Shown here: in pieces, positions 61,651 to 64,000 of the stretch
Position numbering within the stretch: the first letter of the stretch is position 1
How the letters are laid out: the number at the start of each line of letters is the position of its first letter
Assembly (NCBI GenBank): GCA_965228125.1
Contig: OZ245791.1
Location: forward strand, 257,596 to 321,595
DNA from: Victivallales bacterium
Lineage (GTDB): Bacteria; Verrucomicrobiota; Lentisphaeria; Victivallales; GWF2-38-69
Length of the DNA stretch: 64,000 bases
Direction: 5' to 3'
Made by a program: the position numbers and the translations under genes
Notes under the pieces: generated by a model
What the model was told of the DNA's origin: nothing
Database searches by the model: none
What the model saw: only the letters and a program-made list of their open reading frames with translations

Positions 61651-64000
61651 TTAGGCTTCTAAAACTTCGTGGATGGATTTTGCATCTTTAAAGTTAACTC
61701 CCAAAGCGTCAAAATGAGCTTTACCGCAATCAACTTTTTTGTTTTCAGTTTCACGTCTCTTTTCACGATCAAGAGTGCTCTTTGTCTCCCGTACCAAGTA
61801 CAGTTTGTGAGAATCTTCTACCACAACCGCCCAGTCCGGATTGTAATCTCCCAATGGCGTAGCAACTGTAAACCAACGAGGCAATTTACAAAAGAATTTA
61901 ACTTTCTCATCCTGATCAAGAAGTTTCGCAATTTCTTCTTCTACTCCACTATCATAAGCAATGAAATTATATGGAGTCCTATTATCAGTGCTTTTAACTT
62001 CATAAAGTCTGCTTAGGTATTCCTCAACTTCTCTTTCTTCAAAGAGACGCATCTCATATGATTGTCCAACAATAGGTTCATATTTTATTCCATCGATTAT
62101 CAATTCATGCAGAGCTCTATTTATAAGCTTTGCTGTTTCAGTCATAAACACTTGAGGATTTATAGCAAACTCTTTTATCCGATTTGATGATCTAAGGATT
62201 TTAACAATGGTATTTCTGGTTAATTCGGTTTCTCTTTGCAGGAAAGCCAATATGTCAGGAAGAGGCTGCTCATTACTCACTATATGGGTTCTATTGCCTG
62301 TAATCCTGCCCCCCTCAAGCCCTGATTCTTTTATTTCTAAATCTCTTTTTGTTATCTCTATTCTGGCAGTTCTAATTTCCGCCATTTTATTTATTTTATC
62401 TGTTGCTGACTCTACAAGCTTTTTAGAATCAAATTCAACAGAATAACGTGTTTTCCTGCTGATCTTATCCCACAAGATTTTAAAATCTGGGTTTAGCTCA
62501 ACTCTCTTATTATAAGTTACCTTTTCTCTCTTCCTTGCATTTTTTATGATGTCTCTTGGCATGAACTTTCTCATACGCCCTATAACAGCTTCTTCCAAGC
62601 CTGAGTATTTTTCAGGAAGCATGAATTTAAAATCAAGCTTATCCGGTTGGAAGGTATTCGTAAAATCACCTTTTGCATCGATAAGCCCTTTCTCTAGAAC
62701 AAAGTCCCATATTTCTTTTGATTCTTCCTGTGATAAGTAGTTCTCTCCTGTAGGGCTTAAAAGCGGAGTAAACGCAATTTTAGAAACTCTGCCAAACTTG
62801 AAGTTCCCATCCGGGTCTATAGCATTTTCAATATCAGTCTGCAAACCCTTGGCAAAGTTTTCAAAAGTTTCATTTGCTATAACAGTAAGCCTATTTATCT
62901 GTTCATCATACACTCTGTCTCCATTATTATTTACCGGAAGACGAAGCCCGCGTCCAATTGTCTGCCTGCGCTCTCTGTCTGTTCCCATTTCTCTTAGAGT
63001 GCAAATTTGAAACACATTAGGATTGTCCCATCCTTCTTTTAGGGCCGAATGACTGAATATAAAGCGTAAAGGTTCCTCTTCTGAAAGCAGCCTTTCCTTG
63101 TCTTTCATTATAAGTTCATAGGTTTCATCATCTTTCTGCGTGCTTCCTGACGTATCAAGTAAATCAACAATTTTACCCTTCTTTTTGTCAACAGAAAAAT
63201 AACCGTCATGAACTTCATCAGCACTGTAAGATAGCAATCCATTATACATAGGTTTTTGGCTGGTTTTATTATAAATTTCCTCAAACCATTGAGCTATTTT
63301 TTCTTTTACAGGTAGCCCTTCTTCGTCATAAGATCTGTAACTCTTTACATGGTCTATAAAAAACAGAGACAATACTTTTATTCCCTTGCCCTTGAGTTTC
63401 TTTTCTTTGGCAAAATGTGCTTCGATAGTTTGCTCTAGCTGGCTCTTTATCCGCTCATCTCCCATACCACCTGATTCCTGGTACAGCTCAATTATCCTGT
63501 TGTTCTGAAATTCTATATATTCATTGCCAGGTTCAGCATTAATATTTGTAACAAGATAACCTTCATAATCGGAACGTTTTGTTTGGCTGGAAATATCAGT
63601 ACCATGTTTAATTTTTATCTGCTTTTCTTTTGTGCCGTTTTCCGAATCATCAAAAATTGTTACCTTGGCCATAGGAGTTTTTGAATTTTTCGGATAATAA
63701 ACAGAATCAAGTCTTATAAAAGTCTGGTTGTAGTCGCTTGTTCCTGAAGCATCTATTACTTCAATTTGTTTGACAAGCCTCAAATCATAAGCCTTGATAG
63801 GGTCTAACTGATAAATCAGATTATAAGGATTTATATGGGTAGCAGAGTATCTCAAACAAAACAAAGGATTAAGGTTCTTTATAGCCTTTTGGGATTTTTC
63901 AGTATTATCAACGCTCTGAGGTTCGTCTATGATTAAAACAGGATTTGTTGACTGCACATACTCAATCGGGCGTCTTCCAGACATCTTGTCCTGTTCCTGA
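61651..64000 (-). CDS. res: Type III restriction Res-like SF2 helicase with C-terminal PD-(D/E)xK endonuclease domain (N-terminus beyond the window end)
   Basis: The frame stays open to base 64000; the track starts it at an internal Met. Motif II LIIDEPQ, motif III YSATH, motifs V/VI SALKEGWDNPNVF...QTIGRGLRLP, nuclease NPDWAVVVED...LVRETK. Confidence 0.8.
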   Translation of the reverse strand, partial: QEQDKMSGRRPIEYVQSTNPVLIIDEPQSVDNTEKSQKAIKNLNPLFCLRYSATHINPYNLIYQLDPIKAYDLRLVKQIEVIDASGTSDYNQTFIRLDSVYYPKNSKTPMAKVTIFDDSENGTKEKQIKIKHGTDISSQTKRSDYEGYLVTNINAEPGNEYIEFQNNRIIELYQESGGMGDERIKSQLEQTIEAHFAKEKKLKGKGIKVLSLFFIDHVKSYRSYDEEGLPVKEKIAQWFEEIYNKTSQKPMYNGLLSYSADEVHDGYFSVDKKKGKIVDLLDTSGSTQKDDETYELIMKDKERLLSEEEPLRFIFSHSALKEGWDNPNVFQICTLREMGTDRERRQTIGRGLRLPVNNNGDRVYDEQINRLTVIANETFENFAKGLQTDIENAIDPDGNFKFGRVSKIAFTPLLSPTGENYLSQEESKEIWDFVLEKGLIDAKGDFTNTFQPDKLDFKFMLPEKYSGLEEAVIGRMRKFMPRDIIKNARKREKVTYNKRVELNPDFKILWDKISRKTRYSVEFDSKKLVESATDKINKMAEIRTARIEITKRDLEIKESGLEGGRITGNRTHIVSNEQPLPDILAFLQRETELTRNTIVKILRSSNRIKEFAINPQVFMTETAKLINRALHELIIDGIKYEPIVGQSYEMRLFEEREVEEYLSRLYEVKSTDNRTPYNFIAYDSGVEEEIAKLLDQDEKVKFFCKLPRWFTVATPLGDYNPDWAVVVEDSHKLYLVRETKSTLDREKRRETENKKVDCGKAHFDALGVNFKDAKSIHEVLEA

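Noticed and set aside
1-64000. CRISPR arrays, rRNA genes, complete tRNAs, IS elements/transposases, reverse transcriptases
   Set aside because: I scanned the intergenic regions and the ORF translations. I saw no spaced direct-repeat array, no rRNA-like conserved blocks, no DDE or HUH transposase, and no RT motif (YxDD). This was done by eye only, so short or degenerate elements could have been missed.

Overview
This is an AT-rich bacterial chromosome segment. Gene content suggests a diderm anaerobe: lipoproteins with lipoboxes, ArnB-like and BamE-like genes, HydG, and many Fe-S proteins. I cannot assign a taxon from the sequence. All calls rest on reading the supplied translations, on motif recognition from memory and on my own inspection of the DNA; no searches were run.

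Layout:
(1) 1-15.6 kb, housekeeping. A partial membrane PAS sensor that is missing from the ORF track, recO, a circularly permuted ATP-grasp / alpha-E / proteasome-like / transglutaminase operon, lipoproteins, prfB, an M42 peptidase, holA, nadB and a pcnB-family gene.
(2) 15.6-25.5 kb, a very AT-rich mobility/defence island. It holds a large Mrr/NERD-like nuclease with a SEC-C tail that is split by a frame change, YafQ-DinJ, a DUF4143 AAA ATPase, a truncated tRNA-Val(GAC) 3' fragment next to a tyrosine integrase flanked by short tandem repeats, AbiEi/AbiEii, ArdC, and a 700-bp non-coding stretch.
(3) 25.5-44.0 kb, 25 co-directional minus-strand genes dominated by metallocofactor/Fe-S functions. 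These include a CDF-NifX fusion, HydG, CobO, MOSC, DUF364, DUF89, NifX-like proteins, NifU-Mrp, two MinD-ferredoxin ATPases, a radical SAM protein, DUF5320 plus three Zn-ribbon paralogues, and a DUF134 regulator. The block is bracketed by two outward-facing C_GCAxxG_C_C paralogues that share an AGCATATGCT palindrome upstream.
(4) 44.0-57.2 kb, a 15-gene VirB/Trb-ordered type IV secretion module. It has no recognisable VirB11 or relaxase but carries a stand-alone Clp-D2-like AAA+ ATPase.
(5) 57.3-59.7 kb, a divergent XRE-4xPAS regulator plus a flavin reductase.
(6) 59.7-64.0 kb, a GHKL ATPase with its own C-terminal PD-(D/E)xK module, co-transcribed with a Type III Res-like helicase-nuclease that runs off the window.

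I saw no rRNA, no complete tRNA and no CRISPR array.

The best candidates for something undescribed are:
- the Res + GHKL-nuclease pair;
- the translationally coupled DUF134/DUF5320/NifX/MinD-Fd/rSAM module with its MPG(R/K) small-protein family;
- the Clp-like ATPase in the T4SS operon;
- the possibility that everything from the tRNA-Val fragment rightwards is one very large integrative conjugative element carrying the Fe-S block as cargo.
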